From contig JBBKVU010000421.1 of assembly GCA_037968595.1 (NCBI GenBank), positions 1 through 42,409 of the forward strand: 42,409 bases of DNA, written 5' to 3'. The translations under genes were made by a program, and so were the position numbers. The stretch is from Comamonas sp. Its GTDB lineage: Bacteria > Pseudomonadota > Gammaproteobacteria > Burkholderiales > Burkholderiaceae_C. Positions 41,824 through 42,409 of the stretch are shown piece by piece (position 1 is the first letter of the stretch; each line of letters opens with the position of its first letter). The notes under the pieces were generated by a model. That model had not been told where the DNA came from and did no database searches. It was given only the letters and a program-made list of their open reading frames with translations.

Positions 41824-42245
41824 GGGCGAATGCCTCCGAATTCGGGGGCCCCAAACGGACCTATGAGCCGCGCCAGCCCGTCGATACAGTTGGCGTCATG
41901 GTTGATCTTCTCCACCACCATCTGTCGATAGGTCTTGCCGTGCACCAAGAGGTAGATGCAGTCGCGCAGCATGTCAGCCGTCACCTGGCCACGCGAGGCG
42001 CAAAGCTGCAACCACAGACCGTGCGTGATCTCGTCAATCTTGGTTTTCGCGTCACAGCTCAGCTTGCCCAACGGGCCAGCGATGCCGCGGGCGAACATGG
42101 GCACGTCGTCATCCTGCGCCAGCTGGCGCTGGACATGGGCCAGCACGCGCTCAGCCTGGCTGGAGTCGAGGCCGACCAGCGCGTCGAACACGCGCGTGGC
42201 TGCTGCCGCTTCTGCAGCGGAGAGTTCATCATTTGGGTCAAGCAT
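41820..42245 (-). CDS. Hypothetical protein (141 aa)
   Basis: AAGGAA RBS; ATGA overlap with the initiator gene. Confidence 0.65.
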   Translation of the reverse strand: MLDPNDELSAAEAAAATRVFDALVGLDSSQAERVLAHVQRQLAQDDDVPMFARGIAGPLGKLSCDAKTKIDEITHGLWLQLCASRGQVTADMLRDCIYLLVHGKTYRQMVVEKINHDANCIDGLARLIGPFGAPEFGGIRP

Positions 42246-42342
42246 GTAGACCTATTCCTTGACTCGTTTGGGAAAAATGGTGCCCGCCGCCTCCCGGGGC
42301 AGAATGGAAGTTCCTACACAACCATTCCCGGGAGGGGCAGAC

Positions 42343-42409
42343 ATGAAACAACCACTGCTGGCAGACGCCATCGGCAAACGGTTGGCAATCGAGCTGCAGT
42401 ACGGCAGAT
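42343..42409 (+). CDS. 5' end of a divergent gene (partial)
   Basis: GGAGGGG RBS and ATG 42343; frame open to the window edge. Confidence 0.45.
   Translation, partial: MKQPLLADAIGKRLAIELQYGR

Larger units (their letters stand above)
218..42409 (-). mobile_element. Temperate podovirus-type prophage, late and replication half, truncated by the right window edge
   Basis: Co-oriented TerS, TerL, portal, lysis, capsid, tail and ejection genes; no tape-measure, sheath or tail-tube gene recognised; att-like end at guaA. Confidence 0.93.

Overview
Almost the whole window (about 218-42409, continuing past the right edge) is the late half of a temperate podovirus-type prophage in a high-GC, probably betaproteobacterial, host. 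Its left end is a displaced guaA 3' fragment (TIEWE*) followed by a terminator. A LexA-boxed umuDC cargo sits on the + strand. On the - strand, in transcription order: replication and nin-like genes, a wHTH protein, TerS, TerL, portal, lysis cassette, anti-defence genes, scaffold, N4-gp56-type capsid, tail genes, ejection proteins and a 2958-aa polyvalent protein. No integrase or repressor is in the window. Four observations stand out. (1) A low-GC membrane protein whose predicted periplasmic tail carries the WWxxDPL motif found twice at the N-terminus of the giant protein, suggesting superinfection exclusion by mimicry. (2) Eight copies of a 20-bp late-promoter-like motif, four of them apparently driving leaderless mRNAs. 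(3) A CsrA-like gene beside the capsid gene, with the same GGA-loop hairpin in two structural-gene leaders. (4) A cluster of fused nucleotide-signal sponge-like domains. Family assignments come from reading motifs by eye; no searches were run.
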